From assembly GCA_010015585.1 (NCBI GenBank), contig ML975157.1: a stretch of DNA of 64,000 bases. The stretch is one strand, 5' to 3'. A model generated the notes under the pieces. It saw only the letters and a program-made list of their open reading frames with translations. It searched no databases and had not been told where the DNA came from. Shown in pieces: positions 52,561-64,000 of the stretch (the first letter of the stretch is position 1; the number at the start of each line of letters is the position of its first letter). Both the position numbers and the translations under genes were made by a program. This stretch comes from Eremomyces bilateralis CBS 781.70 (Eukaryota).

Positions 52561-53629
52561 ACGGCATTCTTCAAACCTGGGCATCGCATTTGTCGGAAGC
52601 CATTTTGTTTTTCGAAACGACGATGTTGAAGCCTTCCCTGCTCCACTTGCGATTCCAAGGAGCACTCGCAGGGAGGAGCTTACGTCTAAAGCACACAGAA
52701 CCGGGACTGTATGATTTGCTGCGGAGGGTTGGGAGGCAACAAATATGAGGATCTTTCCGCATCCCTCACGCATGGATTATGCACTACAGCGTACGAGTCT
52801 ATGGTTGCGGTATTGGGAGGAGATGCATCGTAGAACATCATACCTGCATATCAGCACCATCGGAATCGTCGAAGAACACGTACCCAAAGGCGAGGGCGCA
52901 AGGATTACTGGCTGGACATAAGCTGAATGCTGAGCAGAAACCGAAGCCCAACAAATGTTCGGAATGTGGACAAACTGAGCTATGCTTGTGGGTCGACAAA
53001 CACCATCTGGGAAAACACCGTCTAGACAAACACCTCGCAAGCCATAAGACAGCAGACACAAAGCCAACATGACACGCTCTTGCTACGGCCAGAGCAAGGA
53101 AAGGCCGAACCTGGCGTGCAAGGAATCGACATAACATATTTCGTACGTTATTTTCCTAGCGACCATAATGGTACTGGAATCCAAGCACGGCCAAACGACT
53201 CAGATCCACTCGAGGAGCAGTAGCCAAAGAATAAAAATGCAATGAAATACGGGAAGGAAGACGCGTCGTTCCCATATATTTTGGGTTCCAAGGGGCGACA
53301 AGGACACATGTAATGCAGTTGGGTCTAGTGGATGAATGTTTAGGACAACTCTACCTGCGATCGTTCGATGAGAAGAGGGCGCTTTCAAAGAAAATTCCAC
53401 TCGAGCCCCGACTCTAAAGGTTAGGTGATAAGTGCCGTACCGAATGAAATCATGATGGTAGTTGAGGATTGAGGATGGTGGCGAGGATGGGTGGGCATGG
53501 CGTTGGGAGAGAGAGATTCATACGCCCGTCAGCCGTCAGGCCTCTCGGCGAGGCCCATGTGGGGAACTACCTAAGCTGACTAATTACGTACATTGGTGCC
53601 TTGTGGCCTTGTGCCCCCATTCACGATTT

Positions 53630-54590
53630 TCTATCTTCGGTCTTCTAACTAGCTTCTAGTTATATCTGCGGCTAACATAGGGAAATATTATAACTGTGTT
53701 AAGGGAATAAGATGGTCAGTTTGCTGAATGCCTCTGTTCTTCTAGGTTCTGACTAGAGTGACGCTGCTCTTACTCGGGCACAGCGTCGGATCGGAGGGTT
53801 GAGACCATATAGTTAGTAGAAGGGCATGTATAACTAGGAGAGAAGGTGTAGGAGAGAAGGTGTAGAGGGATATCATGTTCCTGGGTCTAGTCTTCCAGTG
53901 TCCTGGATGAACTGTATCGTTGCCGTAACTACTTCCGTGTTCGGAGACCATCGTTTGATCGGGCCGTCCTTTGGTTCTGATTCGTACGCTCCAAGGAGGA
54001 AAGGCAGGTCCCTTGCTCGGGCTCCCGCCACTGTCTTCAGTTGCTGTCTCTGTTCGTCCCATTTCGTGCATTCTAGTATAAAGTGGTGGACGCTCTCTGT
54101 TGCTCCGCATTCACAGTCGCTACTTTCGGCCTGCGCGATCTTGTAGAGGTAGCTGTTGAGGCGACAGTATCCTGATCTGGCTTGTACTAGTAGGGCTGCT
54201 TGGGCTCTCGATAGCTTGTCGTAGAGCTTTCTTGTATGTCTGCTCGGTAGTGCTTTGTCGAGGTCCTTCGCGAGGCGTCCGGTCTTTTTGGCTAGGAAGA
54301 CCTTTCTCTTTGCTTCTGGGTGGCTCCTTCCTTGCTTGATCGCGTGTCTCAGTACTATGGTATGCTCTTCTGGTCCAGATCCGGTGGTAGTAGCGAGTTG
54401 GGCGAGGTCGTGGGCTCTCTCGTTACCTTGTATTCCCTTGTGCGCTGGCACCCAATGGAAGGTGAAGGTGAACCTCTTTTCTTAGCCTCTGCTAGTTTCT
54501 GGAAGATCTCCTGGAGAGGTTTATTCTTTTTCCATTGCGGTCTTTTGACCATGCCTAGGGCCTTCTGGCAGTCGGATAGGAGCATGGCGT
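53630..54590 (-). mobile_element. 5'-truncated non-LTR retrotransposon (Tad1/CgT1-like LINE) relic: RNase H C-terminal half, CCHC finger, 3' UTR
   Basis: LLSDCQKAL (RNase H) ... frameshift near 54470 ... FHWVPAHKGIQGNERAHDLA, LVQARSGYCRLNSYL, CECGATESVHHFILEC, FIQDTGRL. The RT domain is absent and the boundaries are approximate. Confidence 0.9.
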
Positions 54591-54859
54591 TGGAATGTAA
54601 ACAAGAATTGCGTCACATGGGCAGCACAGAATCTAAGTCACGTGCCTATTTATGCCTTACTGACTCATTTATTGCCTTATTGCCTTATTGCACGACCCGC
54701 CTCCCAAAAGAGGATTAGCTCGATTGAAGCGAAGGGTAGGCTTGGCACACAACGTCCCATTTTGCCTACACATCACTAAACCTCCAATTGACGACATACC
54801 GGTTTCAACCTCTCCAATTCAACCACATAGTCACCGTTTCTATCCCATATCCGGTCAAC

Positions 54860-55552
54860 ATGAGGACATACGACGACGTGTTCTCCGGCCAGCGGATCTA
54901 CCCTGGAAAGGTTCGTACCGCACCTGGCATCCCATCAACGGCTTCCGAATCCCAAAGACAGCCTGAACGAAACGACATGGGAGATACTAATGAGGCATTT
55001 TTCACTTGTAGGGGAAGCTGTATATCCGCGGCGACAGCAAGATCTTCCGATTCCAGAATGGCAAGACCGAGAGCTTGTTCCTCCAGCGAAAGAACCCGCG
55101 TCGCATTGCCTGGACCACTCTGTTCCGAAGGCAGCACAAGAAGGGCATCACTGAGGTTCGTAGACACCCGATCGTGTTTCCGACGCCATGCACCAGACGA
55201 GCGGATCCTGCATCGCCGCAATCAACTTGACTGTTCTCGGATCTGACCATTCTCCTCCCAATAGGAAGCCGCTAAGAAGCGCACCCGCCGAACCGTGAAG
55301 CACCAGCGCGCCATCGTCGGTGCCTCGCTCGACGTCATTAAGGAGCGCCGCTCCATGCGACCCGAAGCTCGTGCCGCTGCCCGAACCGCCGCCATCAAGG
55401 AATCCAAGGAGAAGAAGGCTGCGACCGAGAGCAAGAAGAAGCTGGAGAAGGCCAAGAGCGCTTCCGGCGCCGCGAGGGGCCAAGGACAGCGACTCCAGAG
55501 CAAGCAGGGTGCGAAGGGCGCGGCACCGAAGGTGCAGGCGAAGACCCGTTAA
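54860..55552 (+). CDS. RPL24: 60S ribosomal protein L24 (eL24), 3 exons
   Basis: MRTYDDVFSGQRIYPGK / GKLYIRGDSKIFRFQNGKTESLFLQRKNPRRIAWT..FRRQHKKGITE / EAAKKRTRRTVKHQRAIVGASLDVIKERR... Confidence 0.98.
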
Positions 55553-56263
55553 GGTTGGACGTGCTTGGGTTGTGGTGGGGATGAAAGCTACATGATCGTA
55601 CAGCGGTTGCTGATGCATCGGAACAACTGGGTATCAACTGGGTATCGGCGTCTTTGCATGGCCTGTTATTCATCAAAGGGCTTATAAAATGAATCCACGT
55701 CTCCGAGATTGAGACAACATTAAAGTCATACCCTTCAAGGTGTCGGCCGATTGCAGGCCTGTCACTAACCCCGAGATTTCGTATCAACAGTATGGCCAAG
55801 ACTCGCGCACGAATAACTTTGAAGTCTCTCAATTTTTTGGGTTAATACCCTAACTCCACATGCCATCCTATCGTCACCGCTGGAGTAGTGCTTTATCTAT
55901 ATAGACCAGCGCCGAAAGGGGAAGAAAAGAAAACCCACGCTGGATGAATTCATCATTTGAGAATTCCGCATCTATAATTCAGAAACCCTCCGAGCGAACC
56001 AGTAACCCTATCAATCCGCATCTCGAGAAGTGACATATCAAGTACAGGAACGCCCAGTACGTAAGGGGGGGAGGAGTGCATTCTATCATGCCGTGAGCAT
56101 CCACGGGTTCAACGAAGTAGCCTGCTCTAGAAAGCGGATCGATTGAAATGCGCCATGCATGCTGATGCGAGAAGATATAAGAAAAACAGCAACTGGCCAA
56201 ATCCCGCCACACCCACTGCATACAGCATGAAATCTGTGGCCGAATAAGGAAGCCATGGTTCGT

Positions 56264-59200
56264 TTAGCTAATGGCACACTGGGTTGTTGCCAAACCCGAG
56301 CCTTCAACCCAGGATCTCACACATCTCTCGTGCACGCTCTTCGTCCTCGACCAAAAGACCCTTGGTGTTGAGAATCGTCTCCATAATGCCGACGACATGT
56401 CGGAAGCTGCTGGCTGCGCCCTTGGTCTGGGTGAAGCGGGCAACGCAAAGTTGAGCGCGGTGACCGCGTTCCAGAACGGCAAAGATCTCGCAGACGACAG
56501 TAACGGGCTTGATCTTGAGCTCTGCAGCTGGATTAGTAGGAGGTCAACATCGCAAGGATGGGATGGCTTACGATTGTGTCTCCCAATGCGAGCAGACACT
56601 ATGTTATCCTCCCGGCTGAACCTCAGGTCCTTGACTCCGATTCGTTGCGCACCTCGGAGAATGCGCACAACCTCAGACCGAGTGCGGCCACGGCCGATCT
56701 GGAAGCAGAGGACACGGGTGGCTGGTTTGATGTGGAAGAATTTAGCGAACCAGTTGACTTCGGATGGACGCTTTGTGAGACCCCTCCCATTTCCCTCGTC
56801 AAACGAGATCTCGAAGGAGGGTGAGATAGTAGAGCTGGATGGGTCGGAGCCTAGGTACTGTCAGATGTATGCTCATCAACAAATATTTGGGAACTAACCA
56901 AGTTCCAAACCCGACGGGTTGGTATTGATGTAGCTCTTGTCACTCTTCTTCCTGAAGAAGTCCATAAACTTTCCCTTCCTCGGATTCTTCGCCTCCGCTT
57001 GACGAAGCTCGAACTCGGAGCTATCGGATGTAGTCTGTGAAGCAAAGCCTCTCAGATCTGCCGTATTGTAATACCCAGTCTCCTGTCTTCCATGTCGAGC
57101 TGGAGTTGAACTCAAGGATTCCCATTCGGCGCTCTGCGGACGGTCGACATCCGTCTGGGATCCGGAAGGAGAGCCAGTTGTCGGATTCACCAGCTCTTTG
57201 CTTGATTTTCGCCAGAAGAAACTCTTCTTCTTCTTCACTTGGAGATCTGCAGCATTCTGATCCACCGCAACACCTGGTGCCTTGGTCATCGTAATATCAT
57301 CGGCATCCTGTTCTTTGAAAGTTTTCCCTCGCAGGCCAGCGAAGCTCTTGCTGACCCTTGAGGCAGGGCGCTGAGGGACGTTTGATGCCGCTCGAGAAGA
57401 ACCTTGAGCCCCGGCAGTAGTAGAATCATTTTGATCATGCCTCGACGATGTGCTCGCACTACTCTTCTTGCGAATGTTGAGGGGAGCAATGGGAGTGGGC
57501 GAGGTCTCAGTGACGAGTCTGATGGTCTCCTGTTGATAGCTAGATTTCGTATTCGCGTTCCGCTCGAAGTTCGATGGCTCAGTCGCGGCTCTCTTTCCAC
57601 GGTGGCCTCGTTTGCGCAGTTGCGCATATTTTTCGTCCTCAGGGTTCTCACATCGGTCTTCCTCATTGATGACCGGTAATTTCTGGGCATCTCCAGATGA
57701 TTTCGTGAAATGAGTTGGCGCAGAGGTAGCACGGGGTCCGTAACCTGACGTAGAACCTGAGCGGCCCACCAAGTAGTTCAAGTGATCCATCACCTCATTG
57801 TAGTACGGCATTTCGGTACCATCTTCCCCAACACGCGCTGCCAACCGGTCACGGGTATGTCGGACTTCGTTCTTGGCATACGTTCGAGGTGTAGTCATGG
57901 GTACAGGTGGAAGTGGTCGGTTGAAGATTGCGCCGTTGATCCCCGTCCTATCCCCGTCCGTGGTCAAAGGTTCCGGATGGTTGGAGACAGATGACGGTGG
58001 AGTATCAGAATATGGGCTGCCTGATGTGGCAGTGGTTACATGGCTCGAACTAAGGGAGGACTTGAAGAAGGCTTGGTCGCAGACAGCTTCAAGCTCTGTG
58101 CTGACTTTGCGGGCCTCCTTCGCAATGATTAGCTGGGGATTGACTGGCTTTTGGATTTTGAGACGAGGCGGGGCCGCATGACCCTCCTTTCTCGACTTCA
58201 TCACACAGCTGGATGGAAGGGCCGGGCTTGAAATTGCGCCAGGAGAATCAACGACTGACTCTTCAGTATTACAGTCGCCCCGTCGGGTTTCATTGCCATC
58301 ATGTGCATAAGTCGAGAGACCGGTGGAGTTCTTCGTCAACGCACTAAGCGTGGAGGATCTGCGAACGTGAGAAAATCTCACTTTTGGCCTGGCTAAGCTG
58401 CTTGGTCGTGCAGGGTAGACTGGAGGGCTGCTAGGTGGGAGAGAGCTGCCCAGGGAGCTGCGAGTGTGCGATCTTCTGCTATTGTAACTGCCAGGGCCAT
58501 GGAAACGTCTCTGTGTGGATCGAATGGAGCTGCTCGACATGGAAATACTTGAATGTGTGCGGGTTCCTCGTCTAAGTGCCTCCACACGAAGAGACCCCGA
58601 ATGGCCGGAGTTGATTACCGGAACCTTAGGTCTGCCATTGCCGCTCCTTGCAGAACCAGTATTGGAATCGTTTCGATGGAGAGTAACTTTGAGCCCAGGG
58701 CCATGACAGCTCACAATTGGATCCCTAGAAGCACGGAAAGGGTCGTAGCTGGCCTCGGATGATGGATTGTTGTGGAGGCTGAGGCGCGACTTCAGGTGCT
58801 CATCATTCAAGATTGAATACTGAGATTTTGATCGCACTGGCCTTGATACCGAACTTTGAGAACTTTGAGAACTAGGCGGGATGAACGGGCTACGGGGATA
58901 GGAGGGTTTCAGATGATGGTAATCTGATGCAGAATAGGAGATGCCGTCAGGATACCCGGCATAGTTCTCCAACTGCTCCTCACGACTCTCCATGAGCCTC
59001 AAGTAAAAGTACTTTTCGATGTTTGCTCTTTGATTCGAATCAGTCAAGCTGGCCAAACGTGACAATATAAGCACTTACTCTTGGTTCAAAAGTTTGGCAG
59101 CAAGCTCGCTCTCTTTTACATCATGCCACAAAGTTCGCAAGTTGCGGAAAAGGTCGCGGTCAATTGTGTGACGATTGAGAGGAACCCAAGCCTCAAGGCT

Positions 59201-60535
59201 TGGAGGTGGGCCCATTAACCGCTCGAGATCATCAGGCTTGTAGCCCAGTGCTTCGTCGTATTTGTGCATGAGGGGGTGGTCCCACACCTCTGCAAGGGAA
59301 ATACGTTTATTCGGGTCCGCCACGAAGATGCGTTTGATCAGGTCCTCCGCTTCAGCGCTGAATCCCACAGGGATTCTGTAACGAGCGGCAATTATCGTAT
59401 CATAGAGCGCGTGCATTCGTTGACTGTCTGTCATCTCTCGAGCGTTGGGTGGATAGTTGAATGGGGGCGTGCCGGCCAGCATGACAAACAGGATGACCCC
59501 GCTGCTCCAAGTGTCCACCTTCGTGCCTTCATAAGGTTTGTATTGCAACAATTCCGGCGCAGCGTAGTGCGGACTTCCACAAGGGGTTTTGAGGAACCGG
59601 CCTTCTGGTTGCAATGCGGCCATTCCGAAGTCAACGAGCTTGATCTGGTATGTGTTCCTGTCCAACAAAATATTCTCCGGTTTCAAGTCGCGATGGAAGA
59701 TGCTCATCCGGTGGCAATACAGGAGTGCTCCGACGAGTTGGCGGTAGATATACACGACCGACTGCTCATCAATGCAGGGATTGGCTTGTATGAAGTCGAA
59801 TAGCTCGCCACCCTCGACATATTCCATGACAAGGTACCTGAGTTGTGTTAGCGTGTCTGATAGCGGGAGGATGCATATCCGTCCGTTTATAACAACATAC
59901 AGTTCATTCCGATTTTCCCACACGTCATACAAATGAACGATGTTGGGATGATCCAGCAACTTCATGATAACAATCTCCCTCTCCAGACCAAAGGGCATGA
60001 CCTTCCCACTTGCAATCATTTTTGCGCCTTTCGCACCGGCAGTCTTTTCTAAATTTGCAAGGCTCATTGCTCGAGCTTGCTCGGCCGCAACTTTGGAAAT
60101 GATCTTGGCAGCACAGACCTTGGCCGTGTACTTGTTCCGAACCATTCGAACGCTGGAACATCCGCCTCGGCCAATGGTTTTACCCAGTTGCCATGGACCG
60201 ACATAGGTCTTCCTGTTGCTCGCTGAAGAGGTGGAGAACAAGGATACGCGTTTCGCATTGGCTTCATCTTGAGCTACGACTTCAGAGAGCCTCTTATTTT
60301 CCGGGGGAGCAGAAGGTTTTTGGATAGCCAAGTCGTTGGGTGTGGGACTCTCATGGTGTGGGGGACGTGCTGACACACGCGACGAAGGCCTGGACTGGGT
60401 GCTCATCGGAGACAGGGGCTTTACATGTCCATTTGTTGCCGATCGAGGTGGTGCAGCTAAATTTGCTCGATGAGGCGCGTCTTCCAGTGGGCGCCGACCG
60501 GAAGAAGATTGGATTTGAGGTCCCAAGTGTGCCAT
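56264..60535 (-). CDS. Nim1-family Ser/Thr kinase (Gin4/Hsl1/Cdr2-like), 4 exons
   Basis: GPWQLGKTIGRG, GLEREIVIMKLLDHPNIV, HRDLKPEN, DFG, CGSPHYAAPE, NLRTLWH...N.EKYFY, and a C-terminal KA1-like domain (NWFAKFFHIKPA...). The start is placed at MAHLGPQ (60535). Confidence 0.92.
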
Positions 60536-63342
60536 GCTTCTGATCAGAGCTTGACGACGCGTTTGCGGCCTAGAATTCGAACATAACAAAATTAAAACTT
60601 GTGACAGGTGGGTGACATGACAAAAGAGTGAAGAGCTACCTGGTTGTTGCAAGATGCTAGTGAGGATTAGGAGGTGCAAAACCCTGACATTGTCGAATTG
60701 ATATTGGATCGATTTTGAGTCAGAAAGAGCTTGTGGACACTCAATAGGCCAAGCCTTGGGCGATTAGGATATGGGGGATATGGTGCAGAAGAAACCCAGT
60801 CCAAAGTCCAAGGTGTTTTGGAGGTTCAATGAGATGTGAGGCATCCGAGATAGGTCTGAACGGCCCACAAACTCAAAAATTGTATCAAGAAGCCAATTGG
60901 AAAAGAAGCCGCAAATAAAGCTTGATAATCGACCAATTGCTGGAGATCAGTCACGTATCGTGAGAGGAGGTGATTGTGGGTGCATGGAAATGGTCAGAGG
61001 GCACAAGGATCGTGAAGTCCAGAAAGAGCAGAGCGAACGGAAGCGTGAACAAGATAGTGGGCCACACCATAAACAGTAGTCTAGTGCCGAAGTGAATTGG
61101 CAACGCACTAAACTGAGAAAGAGATCAAAAATAAGAAAAGGGAGGGTTGTTTTGATTGCCAGAATTGGGTGAAGGAATGCAGTGAAGGCGAGCTGAGATG
61201 ATTGGAATGAACGCCACCAGGCAGCTTCAGAGGCATGTCTGCACTTAAAGACCATCAGTTTGCACCACGGCTTCTTTCCACAAGATTATCGATAAGAAAT
61301 TCACTCAGTCTGGATTGGTAGAGTTGACATTCAACTTCCGATGGCTTACATTTCTGCACAGGTCTTCCACATGTCAGTCAGTGATGGTAATGATGAAGCA
61401 CATCTAGACGGGACAACTGTCAGACCATGTATCCGCTCTGACCGGCCGAGCAGGCAATACATCGAGAACTAAGTACTTTAAGACAGTCAAATTATTTGGC
61501 AACGTTCACAAACCAGCGTACTACTTGGAGGATTGTCCCATCAACCCAACAGCGCTGCTCTCTCAGACCATGGCAACCTGAATTGGCTGTGGTCGATCGA
61601 ACCGCGACCAGCGAACATAGTAATTCTCAAAGTTATCATGGATACGAAGCTAATACCTGTGAAAGGCAAAGGAACATCAAACTGAGCGCGTTCAGACCCA
61701 ACAAGAGCAATGGTATTATTTCAGGCAACGATGGTTGTCGGTTTAAACTTGGAAAGTGAAGCTCAGGCTGGAGAGTGGGCCGATTATGTCAGCCAAAGCA
61801 CACCCTTCCTACCTGTCGGCGATCGCATGATCGCATCATCCGATCCTGGTGCAGCTCCCTTCCGTCCCTAGTTCAAGGATAGGTGGTGATCGACTCTCAA
61901 CTTTCTTGATTTAACATAACGCATTAATAACGCTTGAAGTTTGAACGCACTAATTGGGCGCCGCCACCCAGGTCCTCTTCCCCACAGGCATGAACTCCAC
62001 CGATCTGCGGTTCTGCACACTCCCATACAGTAGCCAGATGCAACTCCGTCCCATACAACTCGATCGGATAGACACCGCAGAAAACTATCCCAGCATCCGG
62101 ACCACAGTATAGGACACCATGGTTCTGACTGCCGCTATCCCGGAACAAAGGGACCGCCCAGAAATCAGACTCGGCAGCCCAAATGGATGGCTGGGAACAG
62201 GACGGTTCAGTCGTGCAGATCTTTGATTTGTGGTGGTGCGGTGGGAGAGGAGAATTGGCTTCTTTCAGTGGGAGGTGCATGGATTGGTTCCCAAGAGGCG
62301 AGATGGGCGTAGTACAAGCAAGGGAGAACAGCACACGATTTCACAAGGACTGCTGCAGTATCGTGGTTTGGGTTGTGTTCCCTTTGGTGAGTGCTGCAAC
62401 TAATGTGTATCAAGATGAAGTCTTATATGCTTGGCATTGTAAGGAATCGGTATGCAAATACCATAAGGGACTAACAGACTTAACCAATTTGCATGAATCA
62501 TTTCTGTTTACAATCTAGCTCCCCATCCAAAGAGTAGCAGGAGGGAATCTTTGTGTAGGCATTGAAGTCCCAAAACAGTTTCCGTCTAGGCGTCGAAAGT
62601 CGCTTTTATGAGCAGTGTCAGGTAGTAACCAGAGCCATTGATTACCAATGTCCTCCGTAGTAATGAGCATGCGAGTCTCTATAGATAGAAAGAGCAATAT
62701 AGATATTTAATTCCGTTGAGCTCGAAGCATGCCTAATTCGTTAGATTTTCCCCCTTTCCCAAAGCCAGTGGACGAAGCTTCGTCCATCAGCTGACAATCT
62801 CCGCTCCTGAAACTAGAAGTCTGCTACTGTTCATACAGGGGAAACATGCAGAACGTAAGAAGTATGATGGGGAAATTGCATCAAAGAACAAGGAATCTGC
62901 CAACCCTAGGTAAAACTATAGGATGACGTCCGATAGAAACCAAGAGTGCCATAATCAGAGAAATGCAACATTGAAGAGCCGGTGAACTGACACTCTGTTA
63001 TAAAACAGATGCAAAAGAAGTCCAGGGGCGTCCCATTGTGACAATCGCAAAAGTGGTATCCGTCGCATGATTCCAATCCAAGCCGAGATGATAAAACCCA
63101 GAAACGCAAGCCAAATCAAACCACGAGCACCCATAAAACATCGACCCAAATCTTCCAAGCATAGAACCATGAGGCCAAAGATATCCAGTGACTCCGAGCC
63201 AAGATCCAACCCATTCCAACATACACATTATTTTCCGGTGATGGTTGGCACCTAGCAGCGCCTAGATATATAATACAGTCGCTAAATGAAGCGAAGGAGC
63301 AAAAATCGATTTGTCCATCGGATCGATTATCACGGCACCGGC

Positions 63343-64000
63343 CTATTTCTCCGTCTTCGTTTTGGAGATGTGTGGATCGCTGGAGGGATCTTTCTTCTCG
63401 CCGTCGGGGACCGGCTTTCCGCATCCTTTCACAAGAATATGTCTCTGTTCGATGTGTATTAGCAACGGATGCCCTATGTCGCGATCCTTGTCATCAGGCT
63501 CATTAACTCACCTTCAACGCATCCTTCCTTGAAAAGCTCTTGTCACAATCTGTACACGGGAACGGCTTGACAGCCAGATGAATTCGCTTATGGCGTTTCA
63601 AATCGTGGTTCCTGTTGAAGCTCTGAGGGCACTGATCGCACTTGAACGGTCGATCGTTCACCGGCGCCGAGACCGGGGCGTGGTGGTGCGCTCCATACAT
63701 GTGCTGCATGGTCGCGGCGTGCCCGGAATTATATGGCGGAGCCATCATCCCCGGAGGAAACCCGCCAATAATAGTAGGTCCTGCTTGCGGGTTCTGGATG
63801 TTGCTGAGGACAGGTCCTGGAGGAAGAGGGTAACCATACGGCCGCTGGTAGGTGTGGTGGGGTTGGCCGGTCGGGGTCGACATTGTAGGCATATGCGCAG
63901 CTGAAACGGGTGACATTCGTGGTCCGTTGGAAAGAGGGCTTTGCTGCGAGGGAGGCGGTCCAGTGGAGTAGGCATATTGAGGTGGCGCGGAGTTGGGGGG
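63343..64000 (-). CDS. flbC: C2H2 zinc-finger transcription factor, FlbC-like (5' part beyond the window end)
   Basis: RPFKCDQCPQSFNRNHDLKRHKRIHLAVKPFPCTDCDKSFSRKDALK / intron / RHILVKGCGK...KTEK*, preceded by a Pro/His-rich region. Confidence 0.8.

Noticed and set aside
52779..53072. 97-aa ORF with CSEC...HLASH resembling a C2H2 finger
   Set aside because: The spacing does not fit C2H2, part of it comes from a short internal repeat, and I could not splice it convincingly to the upstream gene.
54440..54500. Possible programmed frameshift in the retroelement
   Set aside because: It lies within the RNase H domain of a truncated LINE, where programmed shifts are not expected; a 1-nt deletion is the simpler explanation.
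1..64000. tRNA, 5S rRNA, snRNA genes, secondary-metabolite cluster, stop-codon-readthrough PTS1 extensions
   Set aside because: No recognisable RNA-gene signatures, PKS/NRPS backbone or TGA-CTA readthrough contexts were seen by eye. A tRNAscan-SE/Infernal run would be needed to exclude small RNAs.

Overview
Eukaryotic DNA from a filamentous ascomycete (Pezizomycotina, possibly a Dothideomycete; the class is an inference). It has short GT-AG introns with CTAAC/CTGAC-type branch points. About 21 protein-coding genes can be supported, mostly housekeeping: GCS1-type ArfGAP (truncated at window start), WSC cell-wall sensor, SPS19, ATG33-like, a secreted Cys/His/Lys-rich orphan, calmodulin, TLG2, acetate kinase, an isochorismatase-family protein, Cid-family non-canonical poly(A) polymerase, Sec7-PH Arf-GEF, ECM14, an intronless PARP, RAX1-like RGS protein, a CsgA-like SDR, a 65-aa microprotein missed by the ORF track, an F-box-like/UBA protein, an uncharacterised accessory-type protein, RPL24, a GIN4/HSL1-type kinase and a FlbC-like C2H2 factor (truncated at window end). 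There is also a 5'-truncated LINE (RNase H + Zn finger) relic and two decayed, coding-like intergenic tracts. No rRNA, tRNA or CRISPR was seen. I cannot demonstrate a complete novel multi-gene system. The best leads are: (i) recurrent, orientation-independent C-rich to G-rich skew switches inside genes; (ii) the accessory island at about 49.5-54.6 kb (unknown-domain protein + LINE relic); (iii) the intronless PARP beside a decayed tract; (iv) the secreted modular orphan; and (v) the unannotated microprotein. All exon boundaries were read by eye.
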